In this document: positions 1-10,520 of the stretch, piece by piece
Numbering within the stretch: the first letter of the stretch is position 1
How the letters are laid out: every line of letters starts with the position of its first letter
Origin: Zygnema circumcarinatum SAG 698-1b
Lineage: Eukaryota; Plantae; Zygnematophyceae
Reading direction: 5' to 3'
NCBI GenBank assembly: GCA_037447605.1
Contig: CM074804.1
Span: 8,471,909-8,535,908, forward strand
Length of the DNA stretch: 64,000 nucleotides
Notes under the pieces: model-generated
The model's input: only the letters and a program-made list of their open reading frames with translations
Told to the model about the DNA's origin: nothing
Database searches by the model: none
Made by a program: the position numbers and the translations under genes

Positions 1-13
1 ATCCCACCGTGCC

Positions 14-611
14 ATGACCTTTTATGGGGTTGTGGAAGGTCGACCTGTTATCGCCTTGTTTGATTCCGGCGCTGACGACAATTTCCTGAACTCTTTGTTT
101 GTTAAGATGACCTCCCTTGTCCTTTCAGACCGCTCCGATACAGTCACGTTCGGCGATGGTCGTAAAGGGCAGATCCTCGGTTGTGTGACTACCCGATTGC
201 GAATTCAATCTTTTTCCGGGCAGATTCGGTGCTTGGTCACAATTCTGACTCCTGGCATTGACTTGATTTTAGGCAGTTATTGGTTGCAGTCAGTCCGGGC
301 CACGATGGATTTTGCAGTTCCGACCTGCGTGGTTCGCAGTGGCACTCGGCGGGTCACCTTACTACCGGGTATGCCCACGGTTGTCCCCCCCCTCCATCCC
401 GATGCGGCGCACTTGTGCTCCGCCATGCAGGTGGCGAAAGCCGTGAAGACGGGTTGTGTCCTTTTTTATGTGCACCTCGTCGATGAGATCGAGTCTGTCT
501 ATGACGGCGACCAGGAATGGTTACCTACTGCCTCAGAGTCGTTACCACCCGTGCCACTGGCGATCCAATCTTTGCTTACCGAATTTCAGGACATTTTCCC
601 AGAGGACCTCC
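14..611 (+). mobile_element. Ty3/gypsy pol fragment, aspartic protease
   Basis: ORF with retropepsin motif ALFDSGADDNF and downstream DLILGSYWL, running toward the RT N-terminus (EFQDIFPEDL); ends at an N gap. Confidence 0.9.
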
Positions 612-621
612 NNNNNNNNNN

Positions 622-862
622 GGCGGGACCCTCAGCTCCTGCCAAACTGGCAGGAAAGAACAAGCGGAAGCAGCCGGAAGTGGCTGCCCGCCCACCCACT
701 GCACGGCCGCAGAAGTTGACTCCAGAGGAAATGGAGAAGATGCAGCGGGAGAACAAGTGTTTCCGCTGCCGCAAGGAGGGGCACAAGGCCCGTGATTGCC
801 CTCTGAACACCAAGGACAAGAAGGGCAAGGGGCCGGAAAACCCCAACCCACCAGCAGCTTAG
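622..862 (+). mobile_element. Retrotransposon gag C-terminus with CCHC zinc knuckle (repeated at 1328-1558)
   Basis: CFRCRKEGHKARDC followed by TAG at 860-862; identical copy at offset +696 across a gap. Confidence 0.85.
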
Positions 863-2006
863 GGGTCGTTGCTGGTGGACATGCTAGGCTAGGGGGAGGG
901 AATGGGGCTGCCATCAGGGATAAAAGACTCTTGTTTCTTAGAACCCTGGACATTCTTAACTTGGTGGACAGGCCTTTGGGAGTGCAAGATCTCTTTGTGT
1001 TTGATGTACTCCCTTCTTCCATTTCTCTTTCCCCTGCCACTGTAGTGACTCCTTCTGGGTTTATGGATGTCGTGATGAATGGTGATTGGCATGTCTTTAT
1101 CCTCAATGTCATGGGCAATGATGTTCTCATGCAATGTGCCATGGATGCTTTGCATGTCATGGGAAACACCTCCCATGTCCTTGGGCTGCATGTGCTGGTT
1201 CCTCAGCACATGGCAGTTCGCACCTTTCCCAACGCCACTTGGCGGTTGGTGAAACAGTTGAGGAAAGGGCACATGTTGGTGCAAGAGATGGAAGGATCCA
1301 CCAGCTTGCTGGTTGGCNNNNNNNNNNTCAGCTCCTGCCAAACTGGCAGGAAAGAACAAGCGGAAGCAGCCGGAAGTGGCTGCCCGCCCACCCACTGCAC
1401 GGCCGCAGAAGTTGACTCCAGAGGAAATGGAGAAGATGCAGCGGGAGAACAAGTGTTTCCGCTGCCGCAAGGAGGGGCACAAGGCCCGTGATTGCCCTCT
1501 GAACACCAAGGACAAGAAGGGCAAGGGGCCGGAAAACCCCAACCCACCAGCAGCTTAGGGGTCGTTGCTGGTGGACATGCTAGGCTAGGGGGAGGGAATG
1601 GGGCTGCCATCAGGGATAAAAGACTCTTGTTTCTTAGAACCCTGGACATTCTTAACTTGGTGGACAGGCCTTTGGGAGTGCAAGATCTCTTTGTGTTTGA
1701 TGTACTCCCTTCTTCCATTTCTCTTTCCCCTGCCACTGTAGTGACTCCTTCTGGGTTTATGGATGTCGTGATGAATGGTGATTGGCATGTCTTTATCCTC
1801 AATGTCATGGGCAATGATGTTCTCATGCAATGTGCCATGGATGCTTTGCATGTCATGGGAAACACCTCCCATGTCCTTGGGCTGCATGTGCTGGTTCCTC
1901 AGCACATGGCAGTTCGCACCTTTCCCAACGCCACTTGGCGGTTGGTGAAACAGTTGAGGAAAGGGCACATGTTGGTGCAAGAGATGGAAGGATCCACCAG
2001 CTTGCT
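632..2006. repeat. Direct duplication 632-1310 = 1328-2006 across an N gap, probably an assembly artefact
   Basis: Copies read identical at offset 696 and are each bounded by 10-N gaps. Confidence 0.8.
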
Positions 2007-2016
2007 NNNNNNNNNN

Positions 2017-3070
2017 AAGATCACCGTAAAGAACCGTTTTGCTTTACCACGTATTGATGATCTGTTGGATCGTCTTCACGGCGCCAGAGTGTTTACTTCA
2101 CTCGATCTTGCTCAGGGGTACCATCAAATCCGTGTTACGGAAGCTGATGTGCCAAAAACTGCGTTCCGGACGCCGATTGGTCATTTCCAATATAAGGTGT
2201 TGCCCTTTGGATTGACTAATGCTCCGGCGACTTTCCAGGCTGTGATGAACGAGATGTTCATAGGCATGGATGAGTTTGTTTTGGTTTACCTCGATGATAT
2301 CCTTGTCTTCAGTAAGACGGAGGAGGCACATCTTGAACACGTTCGGAAAGTGTTTGAGACCCTGAGGGAACACCAGTTTTATGCCAAGAGGAAGAAGTGT
2401 CACTTCGCTGCGGCGTAGAGTTGCTTTTATCTTGAGCACATATCCTCCAATGTCGAGGTCTTGACGCAGTCACTGCCAAAATTTCGCGGTAGAAACTTGG
2501 GCGCCACCGACTGACTTGCATCAGTTGAGGTCTTTTCTGGGCTTTGCGAATTATTTTCGTAAGTTCATCCAAGGGTTTAGTAAATTGGTTACTCCCTTGA
2601 CTAATTTGACACGTTCCGGTGTCCCCTTTACATGGACCCCTGAATGCCAGGATGCATTCGAAGGTGTGCGCCATGCACTTGTTACCGCACCCACTCTCCG
2701 TTTAGCGGACACGTCCAAGCATTTTGAAGTGGTTTGTGATGCTTGGGATGCGGTGCCGTCTTGTTTAAGATGACGGCACTGGCGTGTGAAACGCCAAAAT
2801 GAATCAGCTTGGCGCAGCTATTGCACCTTGAACAAGAACTGCTTCGCGGTGGTCCACGCCACTGAGGACATGGCGGTGCTATTTAGAGGGGGCGAAAGCG
2901 GTCACGCTGGTCACTGACCACCGCCCGCTGACGTTTCTCTCTACCCAACAGACCCTGTCTAGGCGGCAGGCACGCTGGTCTGAGTTCCTCCAAAGGTTTG
3001 ACTGCCAGTGGGTTTATCGGCCCGGAAGGCTGAATGTTGCAGACCCACTGAGTAGGCAGCCTCGGCATCN
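2017..3070 (+). mobile_element. Degenerate Ty3/gypsy RT-RNase H fragment
   Basis: KNRFALPRIDDLLD, LDLAQGYHQI, PFGLTNAPATFQ, YLDD, LRSFLGFANYFRKFI; stop at 2416-2418 and frameshifts downstream. Confidence 0.92.
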
Positions 3071-3080
3071 NNNNNNNNNA

Positions 3081-3560
3081 TCTCGGGCCACGGCCCGGAT
3101 CCCCCTTTTGGACTTCTCCGTTCGTCCGTACAATAACGGTTACCCGTTGGTACGGACGGACTGTCAGTCGGACCCCGCGCCGCGCGCGTAGGATCCGACC
3201 GTGCACCGACGTACGGCGGCGCGTCGCGTCGCGGCGCGCGCCGCGGAATGCGGCGAGCATTCGTACGTTGTACACCTCTGACCCATTCGAGTCAGAGAGG
3301 GACACGTGGCAGTTTGCCATTGGACAGCCCTGCTTCCAATCCTCCATGCTGGTAGGAGGTTCGACGGGGGAAGCGTAAAGGGGCGAGGGTGACTGTCGTC
3401 ACCCAACCAACGTACCGGCATACGGTTGCACGCCCACCCCGGGCTGCTCCCCACTCTGAAGCTCTCTCTCTCTCTGAATCCCTCTCAATCTGAACTCTGT
3501 TTTGCTGAGTGCTGGTGTGTGATTCCGCGCAGGCTGAAGAGGCGGTTTTCAGCTGTTACA
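3081..3560 (+). mobile_element. LTR (3' part) nested into the RT gene of another element
   Basis: Ends TGTTACA at 3560, directly abutting RT codons ILPFGLTNAP; shares a core hairpin and GCGTA(A/T)AGGGG motif with LTRs near 6.6 and 7.9 kb. Confidence 0.65.
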
Positions 3561-4600
3561 TCCTGCCTTTTGGGTTGACAAATGCACCGGCCACCTTTCA
3601 GTCTGTGATGAACGAGATGTTCACCGACATGGACGATTACGTCTTGGTCTACCTCGATGACATTCTGGTTTTCAGCAAAACAGAACAGGACCACTTGACC
3701 CACGTTCGCAATGTGTTGTCGGTCTTACGCCAGCATACATTTTATGCAAAACGCAAGAAATGTCAATTTATGCAGCGCGAGCTGCTCTACCTTGGACATA
3801 TCCTTGGAGAGAACGGCCTTAAGCCTGACCCGGGCAAGATTGCGGCGGTTGACACTTGGGCTGTTCCTAAGGATCTGCATCAGTTGCGTTCCTTCTTGGG
3901 CTTTGCGAATTATTTTCGTAAATTCATCCAAGGATTTAGTAAGCTAGTTACTCCACTTACAGATCTAACAAAGTCTGGAGTTCGCTACACCTGGACAGAT
4001 GCATGTCAGGTGGCGTTTGAGGGGACCAAACACGCCCTCATCACCGCACCTACGTTGGTGTTGGCAGACCCTACCAAACCCTATGAGGTGGTTTGCGATG
4101 CGTCGGGGTTCGCACTTGGCGCTGTCCTGTTTCAGGAGGGCCAACCACTGGCTTATGAAAGCCGAAAAATGAACCCGGCTGAACGGAATTACTCGGCAAC
4201 CGAGCAGGAACTGCTCGCCGTTGTTCACGCCTTGAGGACATGGCGTTGCTATTTGGAGGGGGCGGATGCCGTCACGCTGGTCACCGACCACCGACCCTTG
4301 ACTTTCCTCTCCTCCCAACAAACACTGTCTAGGCGGCAGGCCCGTTGGTCCGAGTTCCTCCAGAGATTTGACTGCCAGTGGATATATCGACCAGGAAGGT
4401 TGAATGTTGCCGATCCGTTGAGCAGACAGTCCAGTCATCTTGCCTGGATGGTGCACTCGTCGGCCCGAGTGTTGGAGGAACAAAGCGGTCGAGAAGGTGG
4501 GCCGGCCAACTCACCTTCTCCCTTCCCAACGTGTTTAGCCATGGATACCCCAACCAGCGCCACGGTCGACCCCCCTACCCTCTCTGATCTTAGACAGATG
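3561..4600 (+). mobile_element. Ty3/gypsy RT-RNase H, open reading frame
   Basis: PFGLTNAPATFQ, YLDDILVFS, CDASGFALGAVL, EQELLAVV, TDHRPL, NVADPLSR without stops. Confidence 0.95.
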
Positions 4601-4610
4601 NNNNNNNNNN

Positions 4611-6060
4611 GCGCTCCACAGACGGGTTTTGGTACCGCGACAAGCAGTTAGTCGTTCCCAAGTGTGGGACTGTACGGCAGCTCATTCTAAGTGAGATGCA
4701 CGATCCTCCTTACAGGGGCCACATGGGTGATGCCAAGACCTCCGAGGCAGTACTCCGTGAGTATTGGTGGCCGGGACTCACGACGGATGTATCGGCATAT
4801 GTGCTCGCCTGTCCAACCTGTCAACGTGATAAGCCCCGCATTGGCAGAATTCCTGGCCAGCTTCAACCACTCACTCCCCCTTTTCGTAAGTGGGAGAGCA
4901 TCGGTATGGATCTGATCACAGATTTACCAGAAACCCCACGGGGTCACGATGCTATTATGGTGTTTGTCGACCGTCTCAGCAAGATGGTGCACTTTGCACC
5001 GACTCGGAAGTCCGCTGGGGCGGAAGAGGTGGCGCGTCTCTACGTTGACAAGGTGTGGAGCTTGCATGGTTTTCAGTCCACTATTGTTTCTGACAGAGAT
5101 CCCCGATTTACTGGTCATTTTTGGACTGCAATTCTGAAAATCGTGGGCACCAAGCAAGCGCTCAGCACAGCTTTTCATCCGCAAACTGACAGCCAGACGG
5201 AGAGGGTCAACCGCATTGTGGAAGATTTCCTGCGGCATTACGTGGGACCCACGCCGGATGAGTGGGATACATTGCTCCCATTGGCGAATCATGCATCAAC
5301 GATGCTCATCGAGGGAATCCGGCTCAGTGCGACCCCCTTTTTTACGAATTGTAGTGCGGCATCCTCCTAAATCCCTGCAGCCAAAGGGATCGGCAACCCG
5401 TCCTCGTGGGTCGCGAGCATCCACCGGGACGATGACCCTTGGGGCTTGAGAGGAGCTGGGGGGGATCACCCACCCGCCGTTAGATCTTTTGTTGCGACTC
5501 ATGTCAGGCTGTGCGGCGTGCAAAGGCGGTACCTTCTTTGGCGACGAATCGACGAGAGGAAGGTGCATCGCGTCATAAGCGGACTCAACTCACGTTCCAG
5601 CACAGAGGCGGGCGATGCTGGCCAATCTCTGCGCCCGAACTGAGCCCCGAGAGGAAGCTTCACGGGGGCAGAAATGAAAGTTATAACCCGCGGTTAAGTC
5701 GAGGGCCATTCAAGGTCTTGAGCATGGTGAGGTAAACCTGGTACGGCTTTACCGGCTCACATGAAGATACATCCGATTGTTTTCATGATGCGCTGCGCGC
5801 TAGCAGGTGACGGGGAGGATCGGCCACCTCCACCCCGGTGGATATTGAAGGCGACACCGATGCGAGGTGAGATACGTAAACCCACCGAGAGCTGTGAAAA
5901 GGGGTGGAGTCACTCCCGTCCGCGATATCACCGTGAAGTAGGTACAGGCTATGGGGTTGAACATAGCGATGGGAGAAAGAAAGCAATTTGACCCATTGCC
6001 ATGAGCTGCGTGAACTTATATTGGGGCCTTGAGCCCATTTGGTAGCTTGAGCCGCGAGGG
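4611..6060 (+). mobile_element. Integrase with GPF motif and decayed chromodomain (chromovirus-type)
   Basis: H(D..)H..CPTC zinc motif, MDLITDL, IVSDRDPRF, QTERVN; GPFKV near 5700; frameshifted GYGVEHS..WEKESNLTHCHEL near 5945-6020. Confidence 0.85.
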
Positions 6061-6335
6061 TACTTGCCTTGGGGTGTCCACAATGCGGTCCAGCCTTGCT
6101 TGACTTCGGAAAAGGACTTGACGGGGGTTGTAAGCCAGAGCCCTCCAGGACTTCTCAGCATGACTTGTGAGAAGCAGATTGAAGGCTAGCGAGAACAGCT
6201 GCCTTAGTCTTCTCCGTGTGAGGCGTCGCGACTTTGGGGGAAGCTGATGTGGCCCTTCTGACCCAGCGGGCCTTCGCCTTGGCGGACCTCGATGCAGTTG
6301 CGTCAAATTACCGCTGTCGATCCGGTCGGGGGCAG

Positions 6336-6744
6336 TGCGAAGACCCGACATACCTGGACGGCGTCTGGTTGTAGCGCGCGCACCGGCGAGCCCATGTAGC
6401 GGGTCAATACGATCGCGTGTCGCATACTGGCGTCGTATGCAGCGCGTCGTATCTTGTAGCGTATATATACCCGACGGCGCCCGAGAACTTCAGCGGCGGC
6501 TTTGGGCGGCGACGCCTATTCCCGTGGCGATCGCGCAGGCTACACAACCGCTTGGCGGCGTCTGCGCCCGATGGTGGGCCACTTCCGGTCCCTCATGCTA
6601 GTAGAGGGTTCGACAGGGGAAGCGTATAGGGGCGGGGGCGAATGCAACGGCATTCAACCCGGAAACCGGCTTTTCTCTCTCTCTCTCTCTACCCCTCACG
6701 CCTCCCTGCTGACCCGCCAGACCGGTACCTGGACTCCCATTACA
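6336..6744 (+). mobile_element. Probable 3' LTR preceded by a purine-rich tract
   Basis: GGTCGGGGGCAG then TG at 6336; ends CCCATTACA at 6744; carries the shared core motif. The 5' boundary is uncertain because TGTAGC also occurs at 6370 and 6395. Confidence 0.6.
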
Positions 6745-6781
6745 CGCGATGACGTCAGCAACTTAAGTTCAGAGGTGCGCG

Positions 6782-7624
6782 TGTAGCGCGCGCGGGCGGA
6801 GTTTGGATGAACGGCCACGATTGATCGCGGCGCTAACTTGGAGATGCGCGGAGCTGATTGGTCACGGGGCTGACGCGAAGGCGCGTGGTACGGACGCGCG
6901 AAGATGATTGGACGCGACACGGGCGCGAGGACGCGGAGTGCGCGTCGGTGACGTGAAGCGACGAAGGGATGTCGGCGACGAATCGCGCAGCGCCACGTGG
7001 GCCACTTATTGAGTGGGCCCGTTGGTTCGAGCGTACGGCGAAGGAGTTGGCGGCCGGAAAATGTCAAGGGTACCCGACGAACGGCGGCACTGTACGGATA
7101 GGACGGAAATAGGTCGGTGTCGTCGTAGGTTTACGAGACCACTACCGTAGGTCGCTATTCTGAGTGCGCCGCTTTGCCGAATGCAAGGGCCAGCTATGGC
7201 GGCCGTGACGTGACATGTGTGTCACGTCACAGCGCCATATAGTATATAGTGTGTGTTGTGTGTTTGGTAGGTAATCTAGTCTGTCTCTTATTCTGTGCCA
7301 GCTCGTGTTGCTAGGCTGCCTTGCTCGTGTTGTGAGGTAGTGAGTAAGAGAGGATAGGTTCATAAGGTGGGAAGTGAACTTTCATGTGGGAAGACATTTA
7401 TTAAGGAGTTTTAGAGGCGTGAGCTTTCTCCTACACTTCTCTCGATTGATTTCCGCTGTGCTTGTCTCTGGTGTTCATTCTGTGAGTTATGGGCGATGAG
7501 TGAATTGAGATAAAGCTTTGAGAGTGATAGAGTGGTAATGTCTTCATCGGTGGGAACACGAGTTCCCGTGGAGGGCGACACGAGAGGTGGAGCTGGAAGC
7601 AGCGAGATGTCCCCTACTTCAACA
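6782..7624. mobile_element. LTR-like segment, possible solo LTR
   Basis: TG...CA bounded, CpG-rich part followed by a TATA-like part; no TSD found. Confidence 0.3.
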
Positions 7625-7649
7625 TGAACTGTCAACCAAACCGACATAT

Positions 7650-8081
7650 TAAGACCGCTCGCATACAGACGCGCGCTGCCTTTGGCGAGCGCTGCGCGTG
7701 CGGGTTAGTTGTGTGTCGCATATGCACCTTATATATGTACGTCATATAAACGACTCTATTAGTGTTGCATTCGCGCATTGCATGCGCGCATCACGACTAG
7801 TCGGCCCGCCGAATGCGGTGGGCTCGCTAGATATCTCTAGCACTGACACCTATCAGCAGACCAGCCATGTGGCGAACTGCCATAAGCAAACGTAAGTCAC
7901 GCGGCGCCTCGCCACTGGCCAGCCTTAGCTTCCAGTCCTTCACGCCGGTAGAGGGTTCAACGAGGGAAGCGTATAGGGGCGTGGGTCGAATGCGAAGGCA
8001 TTCAACATGGAAACCGACATTACCCTCTCTACCTCTCTACCTCCCTCTCACCTTCGCCCTCCTCCGAGGCCTAGTATTACA
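7650..8081 (+). mobile_element. Solo LTR related to 6336-6744 (start approximate)
   Basis: 7929-8060 aligns with 6582-6710; ends TAGTATTACA at 8081. Confidence 0.6.
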
Positions 8082-8104
8082 ACAGGTGCCCAAAATGATG
8101 GGCA

Positions 8105-10520
8105 ACAATCCAAAGTATTTTTGCCTGATGACCAGGTGGAGGCCCTGCTCTGGGAGGGCTTCACGTGGATGGCTGGCTGCAAAGGAGGGCGCCTTCCCAG
8201 TCTACCACGCAGCAAGGGGTACGTTTTTTCTTTAAGGTTTGTGTGGCTCTTGAAAAAAAATGTTTTTTTTATTCTTTGGAGAAAGACTCAACGACTTTTC
8301 ACTGACATGAGTAAGTGTGCTGTGTGTTTTTTTTCGAAATTTACCCACCCAGCACTGCTACATCTGCTACTGTAGCACCTACAAATCCCACAGCTTCTAC
8401 AGCTGAGTCAGTTGCTTCATTTTCTGGCGCACCTAAAGAAGAAGTCGAAAAGAAGAATACGGACGTAACAGGACCCGTCAAAGGTGCATCCAAAGTATTT
8501 TTAAGTGATGAGCAGGTGGAGGCCCAGCTCTCGGAGGGCTTCACGTGGATGGCTGGCTGCAAAGGAGGGCGCCTTCCCAGTCGACCACGCAGCAAGGGGT
8601 ACGTTTTTTCTTTAAGGTTTGTGTGGTTCTTGAAAAAAAATGTTTTTTTTATTATTTGGAGAAAGACTCAGCGACTTTTCAGCGACTGAGGTTAATGTCT
8701 TTGTGTGTTTTTCGAAATTTACCCACCCAGCTGCTTTGCTACATCTGCCTCTTGTAGCACCCTCTGAATCCCACAGCTTTTACAGGTGAGTGGGTGCACT
8801 ATTTCTGCACTTAAGAAGAAGTCGAGAAGAGGCATCTGGGAGGCGTAGCGAGGACGTCAAGGTGCATCCAAAGTATTTTTAAGTGATGAGCAGGTGGAGG
8901 CCCAGCTGTAGCGAAACGCTATACATGGGTTGTATGGCCTAGTACTTACATCCGCGGTTGCCTTTTAATGGTAAAGCACTGGTGTGGATACCGGGAGGTC
9001 TTGTGTTCAAACCTTGCAGTTGGCAGGTTTGTTACATTGGTATCAGAGCCAGTGCCCGGTATTTGTAATCCACCCTAAAAACACCGTGATCTTTGAGCAT
9101 GGTACGGATTGCTCAGTGGCCTGAGGGGCTGAGACCGTCGTGTCGCATGTTTTGAAGGAGCTTGAACGCTGCTCGTGAAAACCCTTGAGTGCGCTCGAAG
9201 ACGAGCCCGGTTTAGGTGGGGAGGAATGTAGCGAAACGCTATACATGGGTTGTATGGCCTAGTACTTACATCCGCGGTTGCCTTTTAATGGTAAAGCACT
9301 GGTGTGGATACCGGGAGGTCTTGTGTTCAAACCTTGCAGTTGGCAGGTTTGTTACACCAGCTCTGGGAGGGCTTCACGTGGATGGCTGGCTGCAAAGGAG
9401 GGCGCTTTCTTAGTCTACCACGCAGCAAGGGGTACGTTTTTTCTTTAAGGTTTGTGTGGCTCTTGAAAAAAAATGTTTTTTTTATTCTTTGGAAAAAGAC
9501 TCAACGACTTTTCATTAACATGAGTTAGGTTGCTGTGTGTTTTTTTTCGAAATTTACCCACCCAGCACTGCTACATCTGCTACTGTAGCACCTACAAATC
9601 CCACAGCTTTTACAGCTGAGTCAGTTGCTTCATTTTCTGGCGCACTTAAAAAAGAAGTCGAAAAGAAGAATACGGACGTAGCAGGACCCGTCAAAGGTGC
9701 ATCCAAAGTATTTTTAAGTGATGAGCAGGTGGAGGCCCAGCTCTGGGAGGGCTTCACGTGGATGGCTGGCTGCAAAGGAGGGCGCCTTCCCAGTCTACCA
9801 CGCAGCAAGGGGTACGTTTTTTCTTAAGGTTTGTGTGGCTCTTGAAAAAAAATGTTTTTTTTATTCTTTGGAGAAAGACTAAACGATTTTTCACTGACAT
9901 GAGTTAGTGTGCTGTGTGTTTTTTTTCGAAATTTACCCACCCAACACTGCTACATGTGCTACTGTAGCACCTACAGATCCCACAGCTTCTATCGCTGAGT
10001 CAGTTGCTTCATTTTCTGGCGCACCTAAAGAAGAAGTCGAAAAGAAGAATACGGACGTAACAGAACCCGTCAAAGGTGCATCCAAAGTATTTTTAAGTGA
10101 TGAGCAGGTGGAGGCCCAGCTCTCGGAGGGCTTCACGTGGATGGCTGGCTGCAAAGGAGGGCGCCTTCCCAGTCGACCACGCAGCAAGGGGTACGTTTTT
10201 TCTTTAAGGTTTGTGTGGTTCTTGAAAAAAAATGTTTTTTTTATTATTTGGAGAAAGACTCAACGACTTTTCACTGACCTGAGTTAATGTGCTGTGTGTT
10301 TTTTTTCGAAATTTACCCACCCAGCACTGCTACATCTGCTACTGTAGCACCTACAAATCCCACAGCTTCTACAGCTGAGTCAGTTGCTTCATTTTCTGGC
10401 GCACCTAAAGAAGAAGTTGAAAAGAAGAATACGGACGTAAGAGGACTCGTCAAAGGTGCATCCAAAGTATTTTTAAGTGATGAGCAGGTGGAGGCCCAGA
10501 TCTGGGAGGGCTTCGCATGG
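8105..10520 (+). repeat. Tandem array of a ~380-bp exon-plus-intron unit (about 5 full units plus flanks)
   Basis: CCAAAGTATTTTT recurs near 8110, 8490, 8870, 9703, 10082 and 10462; each unit has donor GG|GTACGT, a T-rich intron and acceptor CCCAG|; exon encodes TATSATVAP...SKVFLSDEQVEAQLWEGFTWMAGCKGG. Confidence 0.9.
8907..9356 (+). mobile_element. TRIM (miniature non-autonomous LTR retrotransposon), 450 bp
   Basis: Identical 130-bp LTRs (8907-9036, 9227-9356; TGTAG...TTACA), PBS TGGTATCAGAGCC at 9038-9050, PPT AGGTGGGGAGGAA before 9227, 5-bp TSD CCAGC, no ORF. Confidence 0.95.

Noticed and set aside
3333-3372. Hammerhead or twister ribozyme in the LTR hairpin
   Set aside because: No CUGAUGA/GAAA core or twister consensus on either strand.
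8960-9025. Functional tRNA gene
   Set aside because: The 5' acceptor strand is mostly deleted, the anticodon loop is 6 nt and the T-stem is mismatched, so it is treated as tRNA-derived LTR sequence.
8105-10520. CRISPR-like array
   Set aside because: The units are ~380 bp and nearly identical throughout, with no unique spacers, in a eukaryotic context.
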